From: Acutalibacteraceae bacterium | GTDB taxonomy: Bacteria; Bacillota; Clostridia; Oscillospirales; Acutalibacteraceae | Direction: 5' to 3' | Length of the DNA stretch: 64,000 nucleotides | NCBI GenBank assembly: GCA_045543695.1 | Contig: JAZPXQ010000011.1 | Span: forward strand, 98,923 to 162,922 | In this document: piece by piece, positions 46,465 to 54,644 of the stretch | Position numbering within the stretch: the stretch's first letter is position 1 | How the letters are laid out: each line of letters opens with the position of its first letter | The notes under the pieces: model-generated | What the model saw: the letters and a program-made list of their open reading frames with translations, nothing else | What the model was told of the DNA's origin: nothing | Databases searched by the model: none | Translations under genes and position numbers: made by a program

Positions 46465-46953
46465 TTACTGTCTTGATAATCTTTTTACTATATCCTCGCA
46501 GATTTCTGACGGAACAAATGTAGAAATATCGCCACCTAACCTGCAAACCTGTTTTACTACGCTAGAGCTCAAAAACATGTGCTCTGCGTTTGAAACCATA
46601 AAAATTGTTTCCATTTCGGAATTGAGCTTTTGGTTTGTTAAAGCCTGTCGGAATTCGTCGTCATAGTCTGAAATAGCTCGCAAACCTTTAACTACTGCCG
46701 CTGCACCTTTTTCACGAACATAATCTGCCAGAAGCCCTGCATAGCTATCCACAGAAACATTTTCCAAATCCTTGGTGCAACGCTTTATAAAATCAACTCG
46801 TTCTTCTGTAGTGAAGCTTCCTACATCCTTGTTGGGGTTTCGCATTACAACAACAATAACCTTATCAAAAAGCTTTGCAGAACGGGTTATAATGTCAAGA
46901 TGACCTATTGTAAGAGGATCAAAGCTACCGGGACAAACAACTGTTTTACCCAT
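46465..46953 (-). CDS. coaD: Phosphopantetheine adenylyltransferase
   Basis: VCPGSFDPLTIGHLDII, the HxGH-type nucleotidyltransferase motif. Confidence 0.95.
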   Translation of the reverse strand: MGKTVVCPGSFDPLTIGHLDIITRSAKLFDKVIVVVMRNPNKDVGSFTTEERVDFIKRCTKDLENVSVDSYAGLLADYVREKGAAAVVKGLRAISDYDDEFRQALTNQKLNSEMETIFMVSNAEHMFLSSSVVKQVCRLGGDISTFVPSEICEDIVKRLSRQ

Positions 46954-47492
46954 TATAAAATCCCCTTTCTATATACAGTCAATGCAATTTTACCGTATTT
47001 GTATCGTTTCGAGGTAAAGCCTTCAACATCTTCAGGAAGAACCTCACGCTCACCTGTTTCACAAACAATTATTCCACCATCTGCTATATGGGGGGCAACC
47101 CTTTCAATTGCGTCATCCATTATACCGGCGTGATAAGGTGGGTCTAGGAAAGCAATATCAAAAACTTCTGAAGTTCTGTCAAGGTATTCAAGTGAATTTG
47201 CAAGAACTGTTTTTGACACATTTCTGAAGCCTGTTGTTGTAAGATTTTCTTCCGTAACAGCAATTGAGGCACGGGAAATGTCAACAAAAACAGCAAAATC
47301 AGCTCCTCTGCTCAACGCCTCAATACCTAACTGACCACAGCCACAGAACATATCAAGCACACGTCTGCCCTCAATATCAAACTGAATGATATTAAAAATT
47401 GACTCCTTGACTTTATCGGTTGTGGGTCTGACACTGTCACCCTCAAGTGTTTTAAGCTTTCTGCCACGAGCAGAACCGGTTATAACTCGCAT
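46953..47492 (-). CDS. rsmD: 16S rRNA (guanine966-N2)-methyltransferase RsmD
   Basis: MRVITGSARGRKL..., LDMFCGCGQLGIEALSRGA and LDPPY motifs. Confidence 0.9.
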   Translation of the reverse strand: MRVITGSARGRKLKTLEGDSVRPTTDKVKESIFNIIQFDIEGRRVLDMFCGCGQLGIEALSRGADFAVFVDISRASIAVTEENLTTTGFRNVSKTVLANSLEYLDRTSEVFDIAFLDPPYHAGIMDDAIERVAPHIADGGIIVCETGEREVLPEDVEGFTSKRYKYGKIALTVYRKGIL

Positions 47493-47738
47493 CAGCCAAC
47501 ACCTCCGTATTTTAAAATATTGATTACAAGTTATACCTTCACATATATAATCATTATATTATTGCATTTATTTAATATATTTGTCAAGTTTTTAAAAGAA
47601 ATTTGAGCATTATTATTCTGCAAAAACGCCTTTTCAGGCACAGGTAAGCCAGTGCCTTACAGTTGGAGTTCTGCCTAAATATAGTGATATAATCCGTAAG
47701 GTATAGGCTTGCCTATACCTCAAAACAAAACATCATCG

Positions 47739-47767
47739 TTGACAACCGCCCTACCCAATGCTAATAT
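47739..47767 (+). promoter_or_regulatory. Candidate sigma-A promoter of the NUDIX gene
   Basis: TTGACA, 17 nt, TAATAT, 34 nt upstream of the ATG. Confidence 0.5.
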
Positions 47768-47800
47768 AAAATCAAAAACAACTACGAAAAGAGAAATAAT

Positions 47801-48280
47801 ATGCCAAAAATTGAACTGACAAATATGGTTATGATTCAAAACCCTGTCACTAAAGAGGTTTTAGTCCAAAGAAGGGTTAAATATTGGTGTGGAATAACCT
47901 TCCCGGGTGGACATGTAGAAAACAGTGAAAGCTTTTACGACAGTGCTGTCAGAGAGGTTAAAGAGGAAACAGGATTAGATGTTAAAAATCTTAATTTTTG
48001 TGGTTGTGTTCATTGGCACAATACGGAAACAAGCGATAAATACATTGTTCTTTTTTACAAAACCACCGAGTACAGTGGCAAGCTTTTAGAAGGCACAGAT
48101 GAGGGAGAAGTTTTCTTCACCTCTCTTGAGAAAATCAAAACAATGTCCCTATCCCCTAATTTTGATAAATATCTTGAAGTATTTTTAAATGATAAATATA
48201 CAGAGATTTTCTGCAACTGGAACGAAAAAATGAAAGAAAATTGCGATGGCGAACCCGATTGGGATTTTGAATACAGATAA
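47801..48280 (+). CDS. NUDIX hydrolase (MutT-like)
   Basis: Nudix box GGHVENSESFYDSAVREVKEETGL. Confidence 0.85.
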   Translation: MPKIELTNMVMIQNPVTKEVLVQRRVKYWCGITFPGGHVENSESFYDSAVREVKEETGLDVKNLNFCGCVHWHNTETSDKYIVLFYKTTEYSGKLLEGTDEGEVFFTSLEKIKTMSLSPNFDKYLEVFLNDKYTEIFCNWNEKMKENCDGEPDWDFEYR

Positions 48281-48319
48281 CAACAAGGAGTAAAACCTTT
48301 TTGGTTTTACTCCTTGTTG
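48281..48319. terminator. Bidirectional terminator (17-bp stem)
   Basis: CAACAAGGAGTAAAACC ttttt GGTTTTACTCCTTGTTG lies between the convergent NUDIX and uvrC stops. Confidence 0.8.
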
Positions 48320-48320
48320 T

Positions 48321-50156
48321 TTATTCACCCCGAAAGGCTTTTATTATTTCTATTGCATTTGCTTCCGTAATGCCCGGTACACTCATCAGCTCTGCTTTTG
48401 TGGCTTTACCTATAGCCTCCATTGTTTTGAATTTTATAATAAGATTTTTAGCCTTCTTTTCACCTATTCCTTTTATGGCTGTAAGTGATACTGCAAGTGA
48501 TGTTTTTGTATGCTTTTTACGGTGATATGCAACAGAAAATCTGTGAACCTCATCCTGGATATTTGTTACAAGCTGAAAAGCTTTCTTCCTTGCATTAAAA
48601 TCAATTTTACCACCTGCAGTAGAAATAGCAGAGGTTCTGTGCTTACCGTTTTTTACCATTCCAAACACAGGAACATCAATATTATATTCCTTCAAGAGAG
48701 GTAAAACTGCGTTTACCTGACCCTTACCACCGTCCAATAAAATCAAGTCCGGTAATCTTGCAAAGCCAACTGTTTCACCTTTTTCTTTGTGGTTATAGTA
48801 TTCTTCAAAACGCCGGGAAAGCACCTGGTTCATAGATCGGTAATCATCCTGACCGCTAAATCCCTTTATGGCAAAACGACGGTAGGCTGCTTTAAGAGGC
48901 TTGCCATCCTTAAAAACCACCATACCTGCAACATTGTCACTTCCACCTATATGGGAAATATCATAAGCTTCAATATATTCTGGAATTTTTGACATACCCA
49001 GAAGAAGAGAAAGCTCTTCAAGTGCCTCTCTGCTTCTGTCATTTACTCTGTATTTATCAAGAAGCTTCTGCGATGCGTTTGATTTACACATTTCAACTAA
49101 TTTTGCCTGAACACCTTTTTGAGGTATAACAATACTTACATTAGTACCACGTTTTTCAGAGAGCCATTTTTCAATATTTTCTTTATCTTCAATAACACCG
49201 TCGATTTCAATCCTGGGAGGGATTTTTCTGTTCATTGAATAATAAGAGGTCAACAACTCCCCTCTCATTTCAGAGATTTTATCCCCTTCATCAGCAAAAA
49301 AATGCTCGGTATCAAAAAGTCTGTTATCAGAAAAACGCAGCACAGAAAAGCAAGCCTTACCATCCATAACAGAAAGAGCGAAAACGTCCTGTTCCTTATA
49401 GGTAGACGAAACAACCTTCTGGTTACTTCCTACTTTTTCAATACTTCTTATTGTGTCACGGATTTTGGCTGCCTTTTCAAATTCAAGATTTTCAGCTGCC
49501 TCATTCATTTGTTCGGTTAATCTTCTTATAGTTTCCTTACTGCCATTTTTAAGAAAATCCAGAGCATCTGAAACATTTTTCTTGTATTCACTGTTTTTTA
49601 ATTTTCCTGAGCAGGGTGCACAGCAAATGCCTAAATGATAATTCAAGCAGGGTCTATCCTTTCCTATATCACGAGGAAAAACCTTTGAACAGGTAGGTAG
49701 CTTAAATACCTTTTTGGCTTCTTCAACCGCCCGATTAACGGAAAAGCCAGCTGTATAGGGACCTATATACTCTGCGTTTTCATCGTCCTTCTGTAGAACC
49801 GGATATATATTCTGCCAATCTCCTTTTGTAACCTTAATATAACTAAAGCCCTTATCATCTTTTAAAAGAATATTGTATTTAGGCATATTCTGTTTTATAA
49901 GGCTACATTCCAGAACGAGGGCTTCAAACTCGCTGTCTGTGAGTATATAGTCAAAATCCTGCACATTTTCAACCATTTTCTGCACTTTAGGAAGATGCTT
50001 CTCCTGAGCACCAAAATACTGACTTACTCGGTTTTTTAACGCCTTTGCTTTACCGATGTATATTATCTTATTATTCTTATCCTTCATTATATAAACACCG
50101 GGAGCTAAAGGTAATTTATTGGCTTTATCCTTTAACCTACGTAATCTTTGTTCCAT
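48321..50156 (-). CDS. uvrC: Excinuclease ABC subunit C
   Basis: GIY-YIG start (PGVYIMKDKNNKIIYIGKAKALKNRV), UvrBC domain and C-terminal HhH. ATG 50156 follows GGAGTGAG. Confidence 0.95.
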   Translation of the reverse strand: MEQRLRRLKDKANKLPLAPGVYIMKDKNNKIIYIGKAKALKNRVSQYFGAQEKHLPKVQKMVENVQDFDYILTDSEFEALVLECSLIKQNMPKYNILLKDDKGFSYIKVTKGDWQNIYPVLQKDDENAEYIGPYTAGFSVNRAVEEAKKVFKLPTCSKVFPRDIGKDRPCLNYHLGICCAPCSGKLKNSEYKKNVSDALDFLKNGSKETIRRLTEQMNEAAENLEFEKAAKIRDTIRSIEKVGSNQKVVSSTYKEQDVFALSVMDGKACFSVLRFSDNRLFDTEHFFADEGDKISEMRGELLTSYYSMNRKIPPRIEIDGVIEDKENIEKWLSEKRGTNVSIVIPQKGVQAKLVEMCKSNASQKLLDKYRVNDRSREALEELSLLLGMSKIPEYIEAYDISHIGGSDNVAGMVVFKDGKPLKAAYRRFAIKGFSGQDDYRSMNQVLSRRFEEYYNHKEKGETVGFARLPDLILLDGGKGQVNAVLPLLKEYNIDVPVFGMVKNGKHRTSAISTAGGKIDFNARKKAFQLVTNIQDEVHRFSVAYHRKKHTKTSLAVSLTAIKGIGEKKAKNLIIKFKTMEAIGKATKAELMSVPGITEANAIEIIKAFRGE

Positions 50157-50175
50157 ATACTCACTCCTTTCAATT

Positions 50176-50297
50176 GCAATACTTTTACAAAAGGATATCT
50201 CTACGGGGCAACCCACCACCACTAACGTGGTCCCCCTCCCTATTTCATCAAAGATGAAACAGGGATGATAAAATCAGCTCTAACCAATATAATTTCG
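50176..50297 (-). repeat. Two-hairpin conserved element, copy B (partner at 23579-23697)
   Basis: Read on the minus strand: CGAAAT box, TCCCTgTTTCATC/GATGAAAtAGGGA hairpin (one A-C mismatch), GGGGGAC, ACCAC-GTTA-GTGGT hairpin, GGTGGGT, GTAAAAGTATTGC. It ends 19 nt before the uvrC ATG. Confidence 0.6.
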
Positions 50298-50313
50298 CAT
50301 TCCGAATTCCACA

Positions 50314-50345
50314 TAAAAAAAGCGGCAAAGGTTACCCTTTACCGC
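50314..50345 (-). terminator. ptsH terminator
   Basis: Minus strand: GCGGTAAAGG gtaa CCTTTGCCGC, then T8. Confidence 0.75.
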
Positions 50346-50358
50346 CTTAAAACCTGAA

Positions 50359-50625
50359 TTAAACTTCTGCGAAGCCACTATCTACTAATGCAACGAGAGC
50401 ATTAACAGCCTGCTCCTCGTCAACACCGCCTGCAATGATGCGGATTTCAGTGTCACCCATAATACCGAGAGAAAGAACACCGAGAAGACTCTTTGCATTA
50501 ACTCTTCTTTCTTCCTTCTCAAGCCAAATAGAAGACTTGAACTCGTTAGCTTTCTGAATAAAGAAAGTAGCGGGACGTGCATGAAGACCTACCTGATTTT
50601 TAACTGTTACATCTTTAACGTACAT
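50359..50625 (-). CDS. ptsH: Phosphocarrier protein HPr
   Basis: GLHARPA (His15) and NAKSLLGVLSLG (Ser46) motifs. 88 aa. Confidence 0.95.
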   Translation of the reverse strand: MYVKDVTVKNQVGLHARPATFFIQKANEFKSSIWLEKEERRVNAKSLLGVLSLGIMGDTEIRIIAGGVDEEQAVNALVALVDSGFAEV

Positions 50626-50707
50626 AATAATTCTCCCACATTCAAAATTATAACATTAACTAAATTCTTACTGTTATGAGTGCAAAAACCTGCAATCTAC
50701 TTAATAT

Positions 50708-50735
50708 ATTATACCACCAAATTATTTTTAGTCAA
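50708..50735 (-). promoter_or_regulatory. Candidate sigma-A promoter of ptsH
   Basis: Minus strand: TTGACT, 16 nt, TGgTATAAT (extended -10). Confidence 0.55.
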
Positions 50736-50863
50736 CGAAAAAAGTGTAACCTTTTTACAAAAAATCAATAATTCGGATGGAATACTAAACCTTTTTGAAT
50801 TTAAAAGCTGTGTTTTGTGCAAGTTAACTACAAATGTCAATTGTTATTATTAAAGATAAACAA

Positions 50864-51601
50864 TTATTTAACATTCTTCTTTAAAAACTCCAGAAAAACT
50901 ATATCTTTTTTATCTAGCTTTGTTTTCTCAAGAAGCTCTGGTCTGCGTTCAAAAGTTCTTTCGATAGACCTTTCTTTTTGCCATTTTTTTATATTGGCGT
51001 GGTGTCCCGAGGTAAGAACCTCAGGCACTTCCATATTATGCCAAACAGGTGGCTTTGTGTATTGAGGATATTCCAGCAACGAGGAATAATGACTCTCACC
51101 TATAAAGCCCTCCGGCTGGGAAAGAACACCCGGAAGCATACGTGAAACAGCATCAGCAAGTATCATTGCCGGCATTTCGCCACCGGTTACAACATAATCA
51201 CCAATAGAAATTTCTTCATCAACAATTTCATCAATAACTCTTTGGTCAACACCCTCGTAGCGACCACAAAGTATGGCAATATTTTCCAGCTGAGAAAGCT
51301 CCTTGACACGCTCCTGTGTTAATGTTTTACCACAGGGAGACATATAAATAAAATGCGGCTTCGTACCCGTTTGCTGACAAACACTCATATAGCAATCATA
51401 AATAGGCTGTGCCATCATAAGCATACCTGCCCCACCACCGTAAGGTGTATCGTCAACCTGGTTGTGCTTATTTATTGCAAAATCACGAATCTGATGAAAA
51501 TTCATTTCCACTTTTCCTGATTTCCTTGCCCTGCCTATTATACTCTCACCCATTACTGCCTCGCACATTTCAGGGAAAAGAGTTAAAATATCAATCCTCA
51601 T
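50864..51601 (-). CDS. trmD: tRNA (guanine37-N1)-methyltransferase
   Basis: MRIDILTLFPEM... and YGGGAGMLM. Canonical TrmD. Confidence 0.95.
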   Translation of the reverse strand: MRIDILTLFPEMCEAVMGESIIGRARKSGKVEMNFHQIRDFAINKHNQVDDTPYGGGAGMLMMAQPIYDCYMSVCQQTGTKPHFIYMSPCGKTLTQERVKELSQLENIAILCGRYEGVDQRVIDEIVDEEISIGDYVVTGGEMPAMILADAVSRMLPGVLSQPEGFIGESHYSSLLEYPQYTKPPVWHNMEVPEVLTSGHHANIKKWQKERSIERTFERRPELLEKTKLDKKDIVFLEFLKKNVK

Positions 51602-52109
51602 CGAAAAGCCCCCTTAACGGACGAATAAACGCAACATCATTAGCAACATCGCATTCAATTACAACATCCTTTATAGCAGGTATAAGAACCTCCTTGCCGT
51701 CGGGTGTTTCAATAAACCATACATCATTTGCAGCATAATTTTCTACGTCCGTGATTTTACCATAACAAATACTGTTATCGTCATAATCCATAACGGAGCA
51801 GCCTATTAGCTCTGACACAAACCATTCCCCTTCGGGTAAATCAACATCAGAGCGCTTCATATAAAGTATAGTATTTCTTAATTTTTGCGCTTCTTCAATA
51901 GTATCAATACCATCAATTTTAAGCACAACAACATTACCGTGAGGACGACAGGAAACAATTTTAAAGCTATTAAGCCCTTTGTCATCACGATAAAGCCTTT
52001 TAAACTTTTTTACAAATTCAGGAGAGTCGCACCAAGGATTAAGTCTTACCTCACCCTTTATTCCGTGGGTACTGACAATTTGTCCTATCTCAAGATAATC
52101 TTTAATCAT
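51591..52109 (-). CDS. rimM: 16S rRNA processing protein RimM
   Basis: The sequence from ATG 52109 (MIKDYLEIGQIVSTHGIKGEVRL) matches a RimM N-terminus. The longer ORF would run into khpA. Confidence 0.9.
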   Translation of the reverse strand: MIKDYLEIGQIVSTHGIKGEVRLNPWCDSPEFVKKFKRLYRDDKGLNSFKIVSCRPHGNVVVLKIDGIDTIEEAQKLRNTILYMKRSDVDLPEGEWFVSELIGCSVMDYDDNSICYGKITDVENYAANDVWFIETPDGKEVLIPAIKDVVIECDVANDVAFIRPLRGLFDED

Positions 52110-52155
52110 AGCATCTAATAAAAAATGGGCTGTAACCAGCCCATTTTTCCTTTCT

Positions 52156-52398
52156 TTAGTCGATATCGACCTGTACTTTAACATCTTTACGAATAGCTGC
52201 GGCACGCATAACTGTACGGATTGCTTTTGCAATTCTACCCTGCTTACCGATAACTCTTCCCATATCGTCGGGTCCGACGTGAAGATGATAAACAACTACA
52301 CCCTCTTCGTTGGGCTCGTCAACAGTGACCTCGACTGCGTCCGGGGCATCAACAAGGCCCTTTGCGACTGTTTCGAGTAAATCTTTCATCGTAGTCAC
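52156..52398 (-). CDS. khpA: KH-domain RNA-binding protein (KhpA/YlqC)
   Basis: GRVIGKQGRIAKAIR is the KH GxxG motif. 80 aa. Position after rpsP fits. Confidence 0.85.
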   Translation of the reverse strand: MTTMKDLLETVAKGLVDAPDAVEVTVDEPNEEGVVVYHLHVGPDDMGRVIGKQGRIAKAIRTVMRAAAIRKDVKVQVDID

Positions 52399-52403
52399 CT
52401 TAA

Positions 52404-52649
52404 TTATTTAATGATGTTTTCTTTTTTGAGAAGATCACGAACTGTATCAGTGGGCTGAGCACCGTTCTGAATCCATTTTGTAACTTTCTCTGCATCAATC
52501 TTGATTTCTGCAGGATTGCTGATGGGGTTGTAATAACCAACTTCTTCAATGAATCTGCCATCACGAGGATAACGAGAATCTGCAACCACTACACGATAGA
52601 AAGGTGCTTTCTTTGCGCCCATACGGCGAAGACGAATTTTTACTGCCAT
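52404..52649 (-). CDS. rpsP: 30S ribosomal protein S16
   Basis: [26 protein letters not shown] is a canonical S16. Confidence 0.97.
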   Translation of the reverse strand: MAVKIRLRRMGAKKAPFYRVVVADSRYPRDGRFIEEVGYYNPISNPAEIKIDAEKVTKWIQNGAQPTDTVRDLLKKENIIK

Positions 52650-52736
52650 TTTAATTACCTCCGAAAAGTAAAATAATAATAAACTGATTTATATTAAACA
52701 CACTGTGTTTAAAGACTGACTATAAAACCGTGGGTT

Positions 52737-54110
52737 TTACATTGGGAACCCACCCATACCGCCCATACCACCGGGCATTCCTCCACCCATACGTTGTAAG
52801 CGTTTCATCATTTTCTTGGAACCCTTACCGTTGAGTTGTTTATAAAGCTTTTGCATTGAGCGATACTGGTTAAGAAGACGATTAACATCCTCTACCTGCA
52901 TACCACACCCTGCTGCAATTCTTTTCTTACGTGACGGATTGATTATATCCGGATTTTCACGCTCTTTTAAAGTCATTGAACGGATAATTGCCATTGTATA
53001 ATCAATTTGCTTATCGTCAACATCGGTATCCTTAACTTTTTTATTAAGTCCGGGAATAAGAGAAATTATGTCCTTCATCGGGCCCATTTTCTTCATTTCC
53101 TCAAACTGCATAAGCATATCATTAAGGTCAATTCTGTTTTCACGAAGCTTCTTTTCAAGCTGCTCTGCTTTTTTCTCGTCAAGGGCTGTCTCAGCTTTTT
53201 CAATAAGTGAAAGCACATCGCCCATACCAAGAATACGACTTGCCATTCTGTCGGGATGGAACACATCCAGATCCCCTAATTTTTCACCGATACCGATGAA
53301 CTTAATAGGCTTGCCTGTAACTGCTCTTGCTGAAAGAGCCGCACCACCTCGTGTGTCACCATCTAATTTTGTAAGAACAAGACCGTCAATACCAAGCGCT
53401 TCATTAAATGAAGAAGCAACGGTAACAGCATCCTGACCTAACATTGAGTCAATAACAAGAAGAATCTCGTGAGGTTTAACCTCAGCCTTTATATCCTTGA
53501 GCTCCTGCATAAGCTGTTCGTCAATATGAAGACGACCTGCTGTATCAAGGAACACATAGTCATAGCCATTATCTTTAGCAAGCTTTATTGCCTCTCTCGC
53601 TATTTTTACGGGATTTTCTGTACCCATTTCAAACACAGGCACACCGATTTGTTCACCGACAACCTGCAACTGCTTAATAGCAGCGGGACGATAAATGTCA
53701 CAAGCAACAAGGAGAGGTCTGTGACCCTGTTCTTTAAGCTTCAGTGCAATTTTTGCACTATGTGTAGTTTTACCTGAACCCTGAAGACCACACATCATAA
53801 CAACCGTTGGTGGATGTGATGCTGTTGTAAGTCTTGCCTGAGTTCCACCCATAAGGGCTGTAAGCTCTTCATTTACTATTTTAATAACCATTTGTGCAGG
53901 AGTAAGGCTTTCCATAACCTTTGCACCTATCGCACGTTCAGTTACATTATTAGTAAAATCTTTAGCAACCTTGTAGTTAACGTCTGCCTCTAAAAGTGCC
54001 AGGCGCACCTCACGCATAGCATCACGGACATCGGATTCTGTAAGGCTACCCTTGCTTTTTAATTTTTTAAAGGCGTTATCGAGTCTATCTGAAAGTCCTT
54101 CAAAAGCCAC
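52737..54110 (-). CDS. ffh: Signal recognition particle protein Ffh
   Basis: NG domain (GLQGSGKTT, DTAGR, TKLDGDTRGG) and a Met-rich M domain ending in a GGM repeat tail. Confidence 0.97.
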   Translation of the reverse strand: MAFEGLSDRLDNAFKKLKSKGSLTESDVRDAMREVRLALLEADVNYKVAKDFTNNVTERAIGAKVMESLTPAQMVIKIVNEELTALMGGTQARLTTASHPPTVVMMCGLQGSGKTTHSAKIALKLKEQGHRPLLVACDIYRPAAIKQLQVVGEQIGVPVFEMGTENPVKIAREAIKLAKDNGYDYVFLDTAGRLHIDEQLMQELKDIKAEVKPHEILLVIDSMLGQDAVTVASSFNEALGIDGLVLTKLDGDTRGGAALSARAVTGKPIKFIGIGEKLGDLDVFHPDRMASRILGMGDVLSLIEKAETALDEKKAEQLEKKLRENRIDLNDMLMQFEEMKKMGPMKDIISLIPGLNKKVKDTDVDDKQIDYTMAIIRSMTLKERENPDIINPSRKKRIAAGCGMQVEDVNRLLNQYRSMQKLYKQLNGKGSKKMMKRLQRMGGGMPGGMGGMGGFPM

Positions 54111-54136
54111 GGTGCAACCTCCCTTTAGTATATAAT

Positions 54137-54499
54137 TTATTCGTCAAGAGAAAGTATAGCAGATTTTATATTTACGACTGCATCATTTACCTCTCTTGAG
54201 AGAGAAATGTTCATATTGTATTTATTGATTTCCTCAATATTCTCCATAATAACATTAAGTGCTTCGCCGGTTTTTCTTGTACGCTCAGCAAAGCCTAATT
54301 TTTTTTCCATATCATAAAGCTGGTTCTCTGCACGTTTAACAGCATCACGAACGCCCTGTCTTGTGATACCCTCATTCTGTGCAATTTCTGCGAGAGAAAG
54401 ATCATCATTGTAATAATACTCAATGAACTTACGCTGGTTCTCAGTAAGCATTTCACCGTAAAAATCAGCAAGTAATACAACATCAAGATTCTTAGCCAC
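54137..54499 (-). CDS. ylxM: YlxM/UPF0122 putative DNA-binding protein
   Basis: LTENQRKFIEYYYNDDLSLAEIAQNEGITRQGVRD matches the family. GTG 54499 lies 7 nt after AAGGAG. Position upstream of ffh fits. Confidence 0.85.
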   Translation of the reverse strand: MAKNLDVVLLADFYGEMLTENQRKFIEYYYNDDLSLAEIAQNEGITRQGVRDAVKRAENQLYDMEKKLGFAERTRKTGEALNVIMENIEEINKYNMNISLSREVNDAVVNIKSAILSLDE

Positions 54500-54602
54500 A
54501 CTGACACTCCTTCCAACCACTCTGTAAAGAACTTTAACTTTACAGGAGTGCATTATAACAAAGTCATTCCGTTTTGTCAAGTGTTTTTAAGAAACAAAAG
54601 CA

Positions 54603-54637
54603 GGGTGTGCAACAAATTTTACATTTGTTGCACACCC
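54603..54637 (-). terminator. Terminator of the LRR surface-protein gene
   Basis: 15-bp stem GGGTGTGCAACAAAT / ATTTGTTGCACACCC, then a T-rich tract on the minus strand. Confidence 0.75.
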
Positions 54638-54644
54638 ATTAATC

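Noticed and set aside
50157-50222. 22-codon N-terminal extension of the uvrC ORF (MVVGCPVEISFCKSIAIERSEY)
   Set aside because: It has no SD. ATG 50156 has GGAGTGAG and begins the conserved GIY-YIG N-terminus. The extension coincides with the structured repeat element.
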